Below, piece by piece: positions 15,202 to 24,977 of a stretch of 64,000 nucleotides of DNA. A program made the position numbers and the translations under genes. Location: the NCBI GenBank assembly GCA_021772565.1, contig JAJFLR010000096.1, positions 5,266-69,265 of the forward strand, written 5' to 3'. A model generated the notes under the pieces. The model ran no database searches. It saw nothing but the letters and a program-made list of their open reading frames with translations, and was not told the DNA's origin. The first letter of the stretch is position 1. Each line of letters begins with the position of its first letter. Source of the stretch: Opitutales bacterium. GTDB taxonomy: Bacteria > Verrucomicrobiota > Verrucomicrobiia > Opitutales > JAJFLR01.

Positions 15202-15815
15202 CTATTTTTGTTTCATCGATAAATCAGAATACAATATCTGAACAAAGGCATCGGGGTTAATAAAACCGTTACCAAAATCTGCATCAAAATCTTTCGTTGG
15301 CTTGGATTTTTGAATTTGTTCTAAAGTTTTGCCCTCTTTAACTTGCTTAATGATATTGTCGCGAATCGTTTTCAGCATTTCAGTATACATTTGAAATTTT
15401 GCTCTACTATACTGATTCCAGGAATTAATTTTACAAAAAGTCAGCTGGATTGCCACATTCGACTAAAGTCGAATTCGCAATGACAAATGAAAACACCGTT
15501 GTCATTGCGAGGAGCAACGCGAGCCTACTCCGCCGTAGTAGCCTATTGCTACGACGGCTGGACGAAGTAATCTATGTAACTTGAGCCTTCATAACTTTTT
15601 CAAATCACTTTGTGAAATTATTTTCCAGAACCGGTATAGATAACGGTCCGTGTCCCGGAATAATTTTGTCTTATCATCTGCTAGTGAAAGTATTTTTTCA
15701 GCAGCTATTATCACTCCATTAATAGATCCATTTGAAGTGACATCGATGAAAGGATACATTCCTGAGAAATAGGTATCACCTGAATGAATGACGTTTGAAT
15801 TTTCAAAATAAATAA
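15202..15815 (-). pseudogene. MBL-fold hydrolase pseudogene (C-terminal ~40 percent), split by a ~235-nt insertion
   Basis: 15202-15403 and 15639-15815 align with 19811-20190 of the intact paralog. An unrelated insert containing family B repeat sequence separates them. There is no 5' half. Confidence 0.75.
15447..15572. repeat. family B repeat sequence (two abutting partial copies)
   Basis: ggattgcc...tcgcaatgac, then a 16-nt spacer, then gtcattgcgaggagcaacgcgagcc.... It shares the gtcattgcgag/tcgcaatgac cores with 5347-5434. Confidence 0.65.
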
Positions 15816-15882
15816 CGGATCAGACATCTGATGTATACCGTAAATGAAAATTAAATTTCCCTTGTGATTTTTTCTTATTAGC

Positions 15883-15906
15883 TATAACGATAGAAAATCT
15901 TATAAT
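15883..15906. promoter_or_regulatory. candidate -10 element with overlapping Fur-like half site upstream of the ferritin-like gene
   Basis: tataacgatagaaaatcttataat. ATAACGATA resembles ATAATGATA of the Fur box. TATAAT at 15901-15906. aaggaa RBS at 15930. Confidence 0.2.
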
Positions 15907-15944
15907 ATAAAGACGATTTACTAACTATAAAGGAATACTAAACA

Positions 15945-16370
15945 ATGGATAAAAAAGTGTTAATTAACCATCTAAATGCAGATCTCTCAGGAGAGCTTAC
16001 TGCAATAATTCAATATATAACTTATGCTGCCAAGGTTACTGGACCTTATCGACCTCAGTTGTCTCAGTTTTTTCTAGCAGAGGTTGCAGATGAACAACTT
16101 CATGCACAGTATTTAGCCAATAAAATTGTTTTTTTGGGAGGAGAGCCAACAACGCAGGCACGCTCAGTATCCCCTGCCAGTACTAATAAAGAGATGCTTG
16201 AAGCAGTATTGAAAGCTGAAAAACAGGCTACAGCAGACTACACTCAACGTGCTCAAGAAGCAGAACAATTCGGAGACAAAGGATTAGCCGTTCAACTTGA
16301 AGATATGATTCGAGATGAGAGCGGCCATGCTGAGGAGACAGAACGTATATTGCAAGATTGGCCGATATAA
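15945..16370 (+). CDS. ferritin-like / bacterioferritin-family protein
   Basis: 141 aa, predicted four-helix. E..H type ligand pairs (ADEQLHAQYL, RDESGHAEETE) and GELTAIIQY. Confidence 0.75.
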   Translation: MDKKVLINHLNADLSGELTAIIQYITYAAKVTGPYRPQLSQFFLAEVADEQLHAQYLANKIVFLGGEPTTQARSVSPASTNKEMLEAVLKAEKQATADYTQRAQEAEQFGDKGLAVQLEDMIRDESGHAEETERILQDWPI

Positions 16371-16574
16371 ATTGCGAATTGCAATAAGCCAATAGACTTC
16401 AGTTTTGCACACAGTAAAGCTTAGATTATGAAATATCTGATTCAACAAATATTTAAATTTATCTTTGCGTCGTATTTTTTGGTTGGTACTGCTCTATATT
16501 ATATATTCTAATGTTACCGGGGAAAATTGATAATATTCTAACGCGGTATATACAACCTGAAAGGAAACTGATCG

Positions 16575-17741
16575 ATGATTAAAAATTTTGGGTTAATCAG
16601 AGGTTATCTGATTAACGGTGTAAAACTATTTCTCCTCATAGCAATAATTACGGCCGCTATATATTGGTTTAAATTTGCACCCGTCTCAGTAGAAAAGTAT
16701 CAAGTAGAACGTGAAGAGATTATTGATGAAGTAATGGGGACTGGAACTTTGGATGCAAAAATAAAGATGATTATAAGCTCAAAGATTTCAGGTCGTATAA
16801 ATGAAGTTCTGGTTGACCAGGGTGATGAAGTCAGCGCCGATCAATTAGTGGTGACACTTGACAATGATCAACTCAAGTTACAAATGGATGTAGCAATAGC
16901 AAATATTGAAACTGTTGAATCAGGGGTTAGTAAAATCCAAAGAGAGTTGAAATATGCCGAGGAGGTATTAAGTAATGCCGTGATAACTTATACCCGGTAT
17001 AAAAAACTCATGCCGAATGCTATCAGTAAGGAGAAATTTGATAAAGCTGCTGAAGAACTGGGAACAGCAAGAGCAAAGTTTAGCTATTCGGAGGCGGCCA
17101 TCATCGAAGCAAAAAACAAAGTCATTGAAGCAAAAAAAATATTAGAATTACGAAAGGCACAACTTGACGACAGCCAAATTCGCGCCCCTTTTGATGGTAT
17201 AATTATCAGGAGGGAACGAGACCCGGGAAATATTGTGATTCCCGGAAGCGAAATTTTATCACTTATTTCGACTAAGGATCTCTGGGTTAGAGCTTGGGTT
17301 GATGAGACTAAACTGGCAAAAATAAAAGTAGGACAACTTGCCAGAATTATCTTTCGTAATGAACCGAAACAAACGTACCCGGGTGTAGTTGCTAGAATAG
17401 CCGTTGAAGTTGATGGAGAATCGCGAGAGTTTATTGTTGATGTAAATATTATAGGACTGCATTCGAATTGGGCCATAGGCCAAAGAGCCGAAGTTTATAT
17501 TGAAACAGAGAAAAAAGAAAATGTCCTTATCGTTCCTGAAAAATTTATAAAATGGAGAAATAATCTAGCCGGCGTTTTTATTGATAATGAAGGTGTTGCC
17601 TTATGGCAGCAAATCAAAATTGGTCTGCATAGCGGGAGTCTCATTGAAATTATAGAGGGATTGCAGGAACAAGATGTTGTCCTGAATCCAATAAATCCAA
17701 AAATCAATTTAACAGACCAAAAGAGGATAACGGTGAAGTGA
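16575..17741 (+). CDS. HlyD/MacA/DevB-family periplasmic adaptor (membrane fusion protein)
   Basis: 388 aa with an N-terminal TM anchor. Lipoyl-like segment ISSKISGRINEVLVDQGDEV, coiled-coil hairpin, IRAPFDGIII motif. Confidence 0.85.
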   Translation: MIKNFGLIRGYLINGVKLFLLIAIITAAIYWFKFAPVSVEKYQVEREEIIDEVMGTGTLDAKIKMIISSKISGRINEVLVDQGDEVSADQLVVTLDNDQLKLQMDVAIANIETVESGVSKIQRELKYAEEVLSNAVITYTRYKKLMPNAISKEKFDKAAEELGTARAKFSYSEAAIIEAKNKVIEAKKILELRKAQLDDSQIRAPFDGIIIRRERDPGNIVIPGSEILSLISTKDLWVRAWVDETKLAKIKVGQLARIIFRNEPKQTYPGVVARIAVEVDGESREFIVDVNIIGLHSNWAIGQRAEVYIETEKKENVLIVPEKFIKWRNNLAGVFIDNEGVALWQQIKIGLHSGSLIEIIEGLQEQDVVLNPINPKINLTDQKRITVK

Positions 17742-18952
17742 ATCTCGCGATTAAAGATATTCGACATAATCTGGGGCGTTTTGTTTTGACCGCTATCGGA
17801 ATTGGAATGCTTCTGATGATTGTGATGGGAATGGGTGGGATATACAGAGGGATATCAGATGATGCCACTTTGCTTATTGATAATATAGGGGCCGATATAT
17901 GGATTGTTCAGCACAACACGCGAGGGCCTTTTGCTGAACTTTCACGCATCCCGCAAAATCTTGTTTACAGAGCTATGGTTATTCCCGGAGTGGCAACTGC
18001 CCGAAGTTTTGTACAACACACAATTCAGCGTCAAAACAATATAGGCAAACAACTTCGTATGACTATAGTCGGTCTTGATTGGCCTATAGATAAAGGCGAA
18101 TGGGTAGTTTTGGAATCTGGAAGAATATTAAATCAAAACCATTATGAAATGATTGCAGACACGTCATTGGGGTTGAATCTCGGAGAGAAAATCAAGTTGG
18201 GAAAGAACACTTATACTGTAGTAGGAATTACTTCAAGTATGATTAGTTCAGGCGGCGATGGAATTGGTTTTTTCACAATTCAGGATGCCCTGGATATACA
18301 GTTAGACAAGACTGGAGAAGCGGTTCGACTTGATAGGGTTTCCCGAAGTAATCGGGTTAAAAAAAATGACCTCGGCTTAAAACAACCAAATTTAATCGAA
18401 CTAGCATCTCAAAAATCTTCTCAATTACCGGGACTTGCCAGGCCAGAGATAAGCTCCGTCATTCTTAAACTTAAGCCTGGAGCAAATCTAAAACAGGTTG
18501 AAAATATTATTGAGGGCTGGAAAGATGTATCCATATTTACAAGCAATGGCGAAAGACAATTATTGCTAAAGGGAACGGTTGAAAAAGTTCGAAAACAAAT
18601 TGGTCTTTTTCGCATACTTCTGACAATTATCTCCGCTATTATTATGGCGCTGATTCTTTATACACTGACTTTAGAGAAGCTTCACAGCATTGCTTTGCTA
18701 AAGCTTATAGGAGCATCTAACTGGGTTGTATTAAAACTCATTCTACAAGAGGCTCTAATTTTAGGTGTGTCAGGTTATTGTATAGCCTACATTTTAGGAA
18801 AAAAAATATTTCCCAACTTTCCCCGAAGGGTAATATTATCGAATGACGATCTTTTTCAACTTGCAATTATTGTCCTTATTATCTCCGTTATATCAAGCCT
18901 ACTCGGCGTTTGGAAAGCCATGCAGGTAACCCCTAATGAAGCATTAAACTAA
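17738..18952 (+). CDS. ABC exporter permease, FtsX/MacB/DevC type
   Basis: 404 aa. TM1, a large periplasmic domain and three C-terminal TM helices. 4-nt overlap with the adaptor gene. Confidence 0.85.
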   Translation: MNLAIKDIRHNLGRFVLTAIGIGMLLMIVMGMGGIYRGISDDATLLIDNIGADIWIVQHNTRGPFAELSRIPQNLVYRAMVIPGVATARSFVQHTIQRQNNIGKQLRMTIVGLDWPIDKGEWVVLESGRILNQNHYEMIADTSLGLNLGEKIKLGKNTYTVVGITSSMISSGGDGIGFFTIQDALDIQLDKTGEAVRLDRVSRSNRVKKNDLGLKQPNLIELASQKSSQLPGLARPEISSVILKLKPGANLKQVENIIEGWKDVSIFTSNGERQLLLKGTVEKVRKQIGLFRILLTIISAIIMALILYTLTLEKLHSIALLKLIGASNWVVLKLILQEALILGVSGYCIAYILGKKIFPNFPRRVILSNDDLFQLAIIVLIISVISSLLGVWKAMQVTPNEALN

Positions 18953-18959
18953 GTGAGTT

Positions 18960-19661
18960 ATGGCAGATAAACTTGCAATTCAAGCTGATAGTTTAAAAAA
19001 AATCTATGGGAAGGACAATACCGAAATCGTTGCGATGAAAGATGCAACAATGGATGTCGCTTATGGTGAAATAGTAGCTTTACTAGGACCCAGCGGTTCA
19101 GGTAAATCTACATTCCTTACAGCAGTTGGTCTAATCAATCCTCCAACATCAGGACAAATAAAAATCGGCGGCCAATTAGTGTTAAATGGATCACAACCGA
19201 TGGTGAATCTTAAATACTTCAGGAAAAAATATCTGGGATTCGTATTTCAGAAGTCAAACCTAATACCTTTTCTATCTGCGAGAGAGAATGTGCAGATTGC
19301 TCTGGAAATTAATGGCTATAGCCCACAAGATTCAAGTAAACGTGCATTGGAAATAATGAACGAATTGGCAATTGGGGATCGGGCCGACAATTTTCCTTCG
19401 ATGCTCTCTGGAGGGCAGCAACAACGCGTATCGATCTGTCGCGCACTATCTAATGAACCAGACGTTATACTTGCGGATGAACCGACTGCTGCATTGGATA
19501 GCCATCTTGGCCGTCAGGTTATGGAGTTGTTTCGAGATATTTCCCATAAACGTGGAACAGCTGTCATCGTTGTTACACATGATCAGCGTTCACTTGATGT
19601 GTTTGATACAGTCTACGAAATGGAAGACGGTGTTATTAAACTAAGGCAGGAGATTTCCTAA
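18960..19661 (+). CDS. ABC exporter ATP-binding protein, MacB/LolD/DevA type
   Basis: Walker A GPSGSGKST, signature LSGGQQQRV, Walker B ILADEPT. Confidence 0.9.
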   Translation: MADKLAIQADSLKKIYGKDNTEIVAMKDATMDVAYGEIVALLGPSGSGKSTFLTAVGLINPPTSGQIKIGGQLVLNGSQPMVNLKYFRKKYLGFVFQKSNLIPFLSARENVQIALEINGYSPQDSSKRALEIMNELAIGDRADNFPSMLSGGQQQRVSICRALSNEPDVILADEPTAALDSHLGRQVMELFRDISHKRGTAVIVVTHDQRSLDVFDTVYEMEDGVIKLRQEIS

Positions 19662-19810
19662 CAATAATTACTGGCACCAGAAAGAAAAAAAGAGTCAAAC
19701 GCAATATAATCAACCAATCAAATAACGTCTTCTAAATTGTTTGCTGATATTGCAGTTTGAGGATGCACTGGATATGTAACATTACCAAATCAGTTAAAAA
19801 AATAAATTTT

Positions 19811-20722
19811 TTATCTGGATAAATCTGAATACAATATCTGCACAAAGGCATCCGGATTTATGAAACCGTTACCAAAATCTGCATCAAAATTTTTCGTCGG
19901 TTTGGATTTTTGTATTTGTTCTAAAGTCTTGCCATCCTTAACTTGTTTACTGACTTCATCTCTAATACTGGTCAACATTTCAGTATATTTTTGAAATTTT
20001 GCTTTATTTGATAACGGTCCGTGTCCCGGAATAATTTTTGTCTTATCATCAGCCAGCGAAAGTATTTTATTGGCAGCTAATATTACTCCGTTAATTGATC
20101 CATTAGAAGTGACATCGATGAATGGATACATTCCTGAGAAATAGGTATCACCAGTATGAATGACGTTTGAATTTTTAAAATAAATTATAGCATCTCCGTC
20201 GGTATGGGCATTGCTGACATGTAAAGTTTCTATCTCGTCACCGTTTAAATAAAATTTTATTTGTTCTTTAAAAGTAATAACTGGTAGTGCAATTTTTGGT
20301 GAGGCTGGAACTTTTTTATTAAAAAATTTCACAAATTGATCAGTGCTCATACGAGTCCTTACATTTTCATGCGCAATTATGACAGCACCGTTGTTTCCCA
20401 AATTTTCATTGCCACCGACATGGTCAAAGTGCCAATGTGTATTGATGACAAAACGAATGTCCTTATCACTAATTTTCTTAACAGAGCTAATAATCTTATC
20501 AGTGAGTGGTGCAAATTGATCATCGATAAGAAATACTCCGTCATCGCCAACACAAACTCCAATATTACCGCCCTTCCCCATCAGCATATAAATACTGTCT
20601 GTCAGCTTGATAGTTTTTATTTGAACATCGGAATAATCCTCTTCAGCAATCAGAGATAAATTACCAGAGATGGTAACTAATAATGAATAGAAAAGAATAA
20701 TGCAGATATTTAATTTTTTCAT
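19811..20722 (-). CDS. secreted MBL-fold metallo-hydrolase
   Basis: 303 aa with a signal peptide. HxHxDH motif HWHFDHVGG and downstream H/D ligands. Confidence 0.85.
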   Translation of the reverse strand: MKKLNICIILFYSLLVTISGNLSLIAEEDYSDVQIKTIKLTDSIYMLMGKGGNIGVCVGDDGVFLIDDQFAPLTDKIISSVKKISDKDIRFVINTHWHFDHVGGNENLGNNGAVIIAHENVRTRMSTDQFVKFFNKKVPASPKIALPVITFKEQIKFYLNGDEIETLHVSNAHTDGDAIIYFKNSNVIHTGDTYFSGMYPFIDVTSNGSINGVILAANKILSLADDKTKIIPGHGPLSNKAKFQKYTEMLTSIRDEVSKQVKDGKTLEQIQKSKPTKNFDADFGNGFINPDAFVQILYSDLSR

Positions 20723-21082
20723 AATATAACTTTGATAGAGAAACAGGAAAATTGATCAAATAAAATAGTCGATAATAATTATTCTGGACTGGAAGTTAAG
20801 ATTGATGAGTTAGTGTTCTTAACCACTGGGCGTGAAAGTTGTTTATTTGAATTATTATAAGTAAAGTTTATAAAGTCCTATCTCGATCCTGAATTTCAGT
20901 TAATCAAATTGAAGTCATGGATCACCACGTCATTACATTCCTCTCGATGACAAAGTGGCAACTGCGACACTTCAAGTTGTGTATAGTATGGAGAAAACAT
21001 CATCATTTTTACTTCTCTATAATTTCTCATAAAAAAACTTGGCAAAGTGAGCGGATAAGTTAAGTTATAGCATTTTTATTCT

Positions 21083-21168
21083 GGTGGGATAACCAAGCGG
21101 CCAAAGGATGCTGACTGTAAATCAGCCGGGTTCGCCCTTCGCAGGTTCGAATCCTGCTCCCACCACCA
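21083..21168 (+). tRNA. tRNA-Tyr (anticodon GTA), long variable arm, CCA encoded
   Basis: ggtgggataaccaagcggccaaaggatgctgactGTAaatcagccgggttcgcccttcgcaggttcgaatcctgctcccaccacca is near-identical in design to E. coli tRNA-Tyr. Confidence 0.92.
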
Positions 21169-21219
21169 GTTTAATTTTTGGCATTTTAATTTAATCAGCT
21201 TCTAGTATTTAAAATTGTT

Positions 21220-22638
21220 ATGCGAATTTATTTTATCGGAATATGTGGTTCCGCAATGGGTAATGCAGCATTATTAATGCGTAAGTGTGGGCATCAAGTT
21301 CTGGGTTCAGACAATTCAGTTTACCCACCCATGTCAGATCTATTGAGCTCTTCAGGCATTAAAATCTTAAACGGATATAATGAAGCTCATTTAGAAAATG
21401 AACCCGTTGATTTAATTGTAATTGGCAATGTAGTATCGCGTGGAAACCCAGAAGTAGAATGGACGCTCAAAAAGAGAGCAACTCCATTTATATCAATGCC
21501 TGAATTGATTGGAAGTCAAATATTAAGCAACCGAAAAAATATTGTGATTTCAGGTACACATGGTAAAACGACAACGACAACTCTGACAGCATTTCTCCTT
21601 AAACATAACCGATTTGATAGTGGTTATTTAATTGGCGGTGTTCCAAATGATTTTCAAGATGGCGCAAATTTAGGTGACAAAAAATGCCCGTTTGTTATCG
21701 AAGGTGATGAGTATGACTGCGCTTTTTTTGATAAGAGAGCTAAATTCATCCACTACAAACCAAATATTCTAGTAATAAATAATTTGGATTTTGATCATGT
21801 AGATATTTATCGTGATTTAATTGATGTGCAAAGGAGTTTTAAACACCTACTCAACATTGTCCCTTCTGATGGTTATGTTTTAGTCAACGGTGATGATGAA
21901 AATCTTGCTGAATTACTTCCTACACCATGGACTCAAATAATAAAAGTTGGGACAGGAGAAAATAATGATTTAGTAATAAAAGAATTCGAAGAAAGTTCCA
22001 ATGAATCAAAATTCAAACTATACTGGAAAGCAAATTTTTGGACTGCAGTGAATTGGAAATTGCCCGGAATATTTAATGCCAGAAATGCATCGATGGCTGC
22101 TTTAGCTACAGGATTGGCAGTATCAGAAGATTCTCCTACTAAAATTGATCTTAGCAGTTTAAGTTATTTTAGCGGTGTAAAAAAGCGACTGGAGTTACTG
22201 TATTCTTCCGATTCGTTAATTGTCTTTGAAGATTTTGGTCATCATCCGACAGCCATAGAACAAACATTGAATTCATTAAGAACTCGTTACCCAGATTCAA
22301 TTATACATACCGCTATTGAACCGAGGAGTAATACGTCTCGGACAAACGTGCTTCAGAAAGATTTATTAAAATCATTGTCTCTAAGTAATTTTGTATATCT
22401 TGGTGCAATAAAAGGATCTAAATTTTCAAATAAAAATAATCTTTTGGATGTTAAACATATCACTGAACAGCTTGGGTCTCAAAATATAACTACTAAAAAT
22501 TTCTCTTCCAATAAAGAGCTTTTAGATAATTTAAGATTAAACCTAAGTGAAAGTAGAAATAAAAAGAACATAGTCTGTTTTTTTACCAACGGAACATTTG
22601 ATGGGATCATGAGTGAGTTCACTAATGATTTATGCTAA
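21220..22638 (+). CDS. mpl: UDP-N-acetylmuramate:L-alanyl-gamma-D-glutamyl-meso-DAP ligase (murein peptide ligase)
   Basis: MRIYFIGICGSAMG...VYPPMS... and GTHGKTTT match the Mpl N-terminus (E. coli MRIHILGICGTFMG...VYPPMS). Confidence 0.85.
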   Translation: MRIYFIGICGSAMGNAALLMRKCGHQVLGSDNSVYPPMSDLLSSSGIKILNGYNEAHLENEPVDLIVIGNVVSRGNPEVEWTLKKRATPFISMPELIGSQILSNRKNIVISGTHGKTTTTTLTAFLLKHNRFDSGYLIGGVPNDFQDGANLGDKKCPFVIEGDEYDCAFFDKRAKFIHYKPNILVINNLDFDHVDIYRDLIDVQRSFKHLLNIVPSDGYVLVNGDDENLAELLPTPWTQIIKVGTGENNDLVIKEFEESSNESKFKLYWKANFWTAVNWKLPGIFNARNASMAALATGLAVSEDSPTKIDLSSLSYFSGVKKRLELLYSSDSLIVFEDFGHHPTAIEQTLNSLRTRYPDSIIHTAIEPRSNTSRTNVLQKDLLKSLSLSNFVYLGAIKGSKFSNKNNLLDVKHITEQLGSQNITTKNFSSNKELLDNLRLNLSESRNKKNIVCFFTNGTFDGIMSEFTNDLC

Positions 22639-22752
22639 CAATCTAAATATTTTGCTTAACATTAAAATCATTAATAGATAGTATTATATTTATTCGAAAT
22701 TAATTTATTTAGAGTGTATCTAAATTAAAATCTCGGTTTTTAAAATTTACCT

Positions 22753-24288
22753 ATGAAAGAAAAAATTCCATTAAATCACTTTGCAGTATTGCGAAATTAT
22801 TATTTACATGAAGCTCACAAAAACCCTAACCCCTCCTTTGGTCATATAACTAAAATTGCCCAATCAATATTTAATGCTGATTTTTCATGTATTTCGATAA
22901 TAGATAAAGACAAAGTTTTAATTTTATCGAGTCAAGGATTTGAACTAAAAGAATTGCCTAAAGAACCCGGATTGTGTCTATCTGCAGTCGAACATGATGG
23001 CGTTTATCATTTACAGGACGCTTTAAAAGATTCAACCAATCCATCTAACTCATTTATTCAAAGTGGTATTCGATTTTATGCAGGTATGCCATTAATCACA
23101 GCTGACAATGAAAAAATAGGAACTATCTGTGTCTTTGGTAACAAACCTAGAGATATTACAGAAATGGAACGAAAATTATTGGTAAATTTATCAAGGCAAG
23201 TAATGCAGGAAATCGAGCGCCATCGAGATTCCATGGAGTTGGAAAAAATTCAAAATGAATTAATTATTAGTGAAGAAAGTAATGATTTCCAACGGCTAAT
23301 TATAGCTGAAAATGCAAGTAAAAGAGCTCGTGGCCTAACTCAACAGCTATTGACACTGTCGAAAGGTGGAGAACCATTAAAAAATAAAATTTCGATAGAG
23401 CAGCTGATACAAGAAACTGTTGAATTTGCACTGCATGGTTCTAATTCAAACTATAATTTTATATGTAATGATTTAATAGGCTCAATTGAAGTAGATAAAG
23501 GACAAATCAGTCAAGTCATACAAAATTTAGTCATCAATGCTGATCAAGCGATGCCAAAAGGTGGAACTATTTTTGTTAAGGCAGAAAATTATACTGCTAC
23601 AAAATTGGATACGCCATTAATTGAAAGTGAATTATATATTAAAATTAGCATTAAAGATCATGGAGTTGGAATTCTTAAAGATAATTTAGAAAGAATATTT
23701 GATCCTTTTTATTCCACAAAAAAAAATGGACATGGGTTAGGATTAGCAACCTCCTTTTCTATAATTCGAAAACACGAGGGATTTTTAACAGTAGAATCAA
23801 GACTAAAAGTCGGGTCTACATTTAATGTATTTCTACCAGTATCTGATTCTGAAGAATTAATTCATAAAAAAAGTAAAAGAAAACCAACTGATTTTAATGG
23901 CAAAGTTTTACTTATGGATGATGAACCTGCAATTTTAGATACAACAGGTGAGATGCTTAGCCTGATTGGGTTTGATGTAGATACAGCGCTAAATGGAGAA
24001 GATGCAGTTGAACTTTACAAAGCGGCTTTAAATATCGGCAAACCATATAATCTGGTAATTTTAGATTTAACGATTCCAGGCAACATGGGGGGAGAAGAAG
24101 CCGTTGGAGAAATATTAAAACTAGACTCACGAGCTAATGTAATCGTATCCAGTGGATATTCCAATAATCCGGTTATGTCAAACTTTAGCAAATATGGATT
24201 TAACGGCGTTATTGCCAAACCATTTACGATGGAGGAATTAAGGGAAGTTATCTCTAATAACTTGAAAAAACTAAATTCAAAATCATAG
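22753..24288 (+). CDS. hybrid sensor kinase-like protein (GAF - degenerate DHp - HATPase_c - receiver)
   Basis: GAF-like N-domain. ATPase boxes QNLVINADQAM, DHGVGI, GHGLGL. Receiver domain LLMDDEP...ILDLTIPG...KPF. The H-box position reads SNDFQRL. Confidence 0.8.
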   Translation: MKEKIPLNHFAVLRNYYLHEAHKNPNPSFGHITKIAQSIFNADFSCISIIDKDKVLILSSQGFELKELPKEPGLCLSAVEHDGVYHLQDALKDSTNPSNSFIQSGIRFYAGMPLITADNEKIGTICVFGNKPRDITEMERKLLVNLSRQVMQEIERHRDSMELEKIQNELIISEESNDFQRLIIAENASKRARGLTQQLLTLSKGGEPLKNKISIEQLIQETVEFALHGSNSNYNFICNDLIGSIEVDKGQISQVIQNLVINADQAMPKGGTIFVKAENYTATKLDTPLIESELYIKISIKDHGVGILKDNLERIFDPFYSTKKNGHGLGLATSFSIIRKHEGFLTVESRLKVGSTFNVFLPVSDSEELIHKKSKRKPTDFNGKVLLMDDEPAILDTTGEMLSLIGFDVDTALNGEDAVELYKAALNIGKPYNLVILDLTIPGNMGGEEAVGEILKLDSRANVIVSSGYSNNPVMSNFSKYGFNGVIAKPFTMEELREVISNNLKKLNSKS

Positions 24289-24307
24289 TAATAACATAAA
24301 GTTATCA

Positions 24308-24973
24308 TCATGACAATTCACCAAAAATTGTGGTAATTATCTTATCGCCTTCAAACAAATAACGTCCTTTTAAAAAGGAGCCATATTTTATTTGTGTCAA
24401 ATTTTCATGAAGTACAGTGAGAGTAAAATTTAAATTTTTCTTGTCCAGTTCTACTTCCACATCTTGAAAACCAACCCAAGACTTTGTGATTGGATATTGA
24501 TACTTAAAAAAACTCTCTTTAGCACTAAATATTAATGTAGCAAAATCTTGCCTTTCATTTTCATGATATTGATTCAGCTGATTTTTTTCATTTTCATTAA
24601 ATAATATTCTCCATAAACTTTTCTTTAATCGATAGCGTTGTTCAACATCTATACCGATTGAATAAATTTCATGCTTTCTTCCCAGTGCAACTAAACAAAA
24701 GTCTGCGGTGTGTGAGATACTTCCCGCTATTTCTCTTGGCCAAATGGGTGAACGATCTTTTCCGGATAATATTGGGAAATCAAAATACCCAAAATCATTT
24801 AATAGTTGTCTCGCAGAAACTCTCCCAGCAGTAAATTCACATATTCTTTTAGATACTGCTTTCTCGACAATTACTTTCTCTTCTTCCAATAAAATTCCAT
24901 CTATATCTGAAATTTTTGAGGCTTTAAATTTTATATTTTTGTTAAAGAGAACTTTAAGATAATCATCTGACAT
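24308..24973 (-). CDS. 4'-phosphopantetheinyl transferase (Sfp/EntD type)
   Basis: 221 aa. GSISHTADF, IGIDVE and FSAKESFFK motifs. Confidence 0.75.
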   Translation of the reverse strand: MSDDYLKVLFNKNIKFKASKISDIDGILLEEEKVIVEKAVSKRICEFTAGRVSARQLLNDFGYFDFPILSGKDRSPIWPREIAGSISHTADFCLVALGRKHEIYSIGIDVEQRYRLKKSLWRILFNENEKNQLNQYHENERQDFATLIFSAKESFFKYQYPITKSWVGFQDVEVELDKKNLNFTLTVLHENLTQIKYGSFLKGRYLFEGDKIITTIFGELS

Positions 24974-24977
24974 ATTT

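Noticed and set aside
20929-20951. gtcattacattcctctcgatgac as a further family B repeat copy near tRNA-Tyr
   Set aside because: Only the 5-6 nt terminal cores match. This is too short to distinguish from chance in isolation. It is mentioned only as a possible relic.
6591-21082. Calling the accessory region an integrative element or prophage
   Set aside because: I recognised no integrase, transposase, excisionase, phage structural or conjugation gene. Only scars and repeats support mobility, so it is reported as a mosaic hotspot rather than a defined mobile element.
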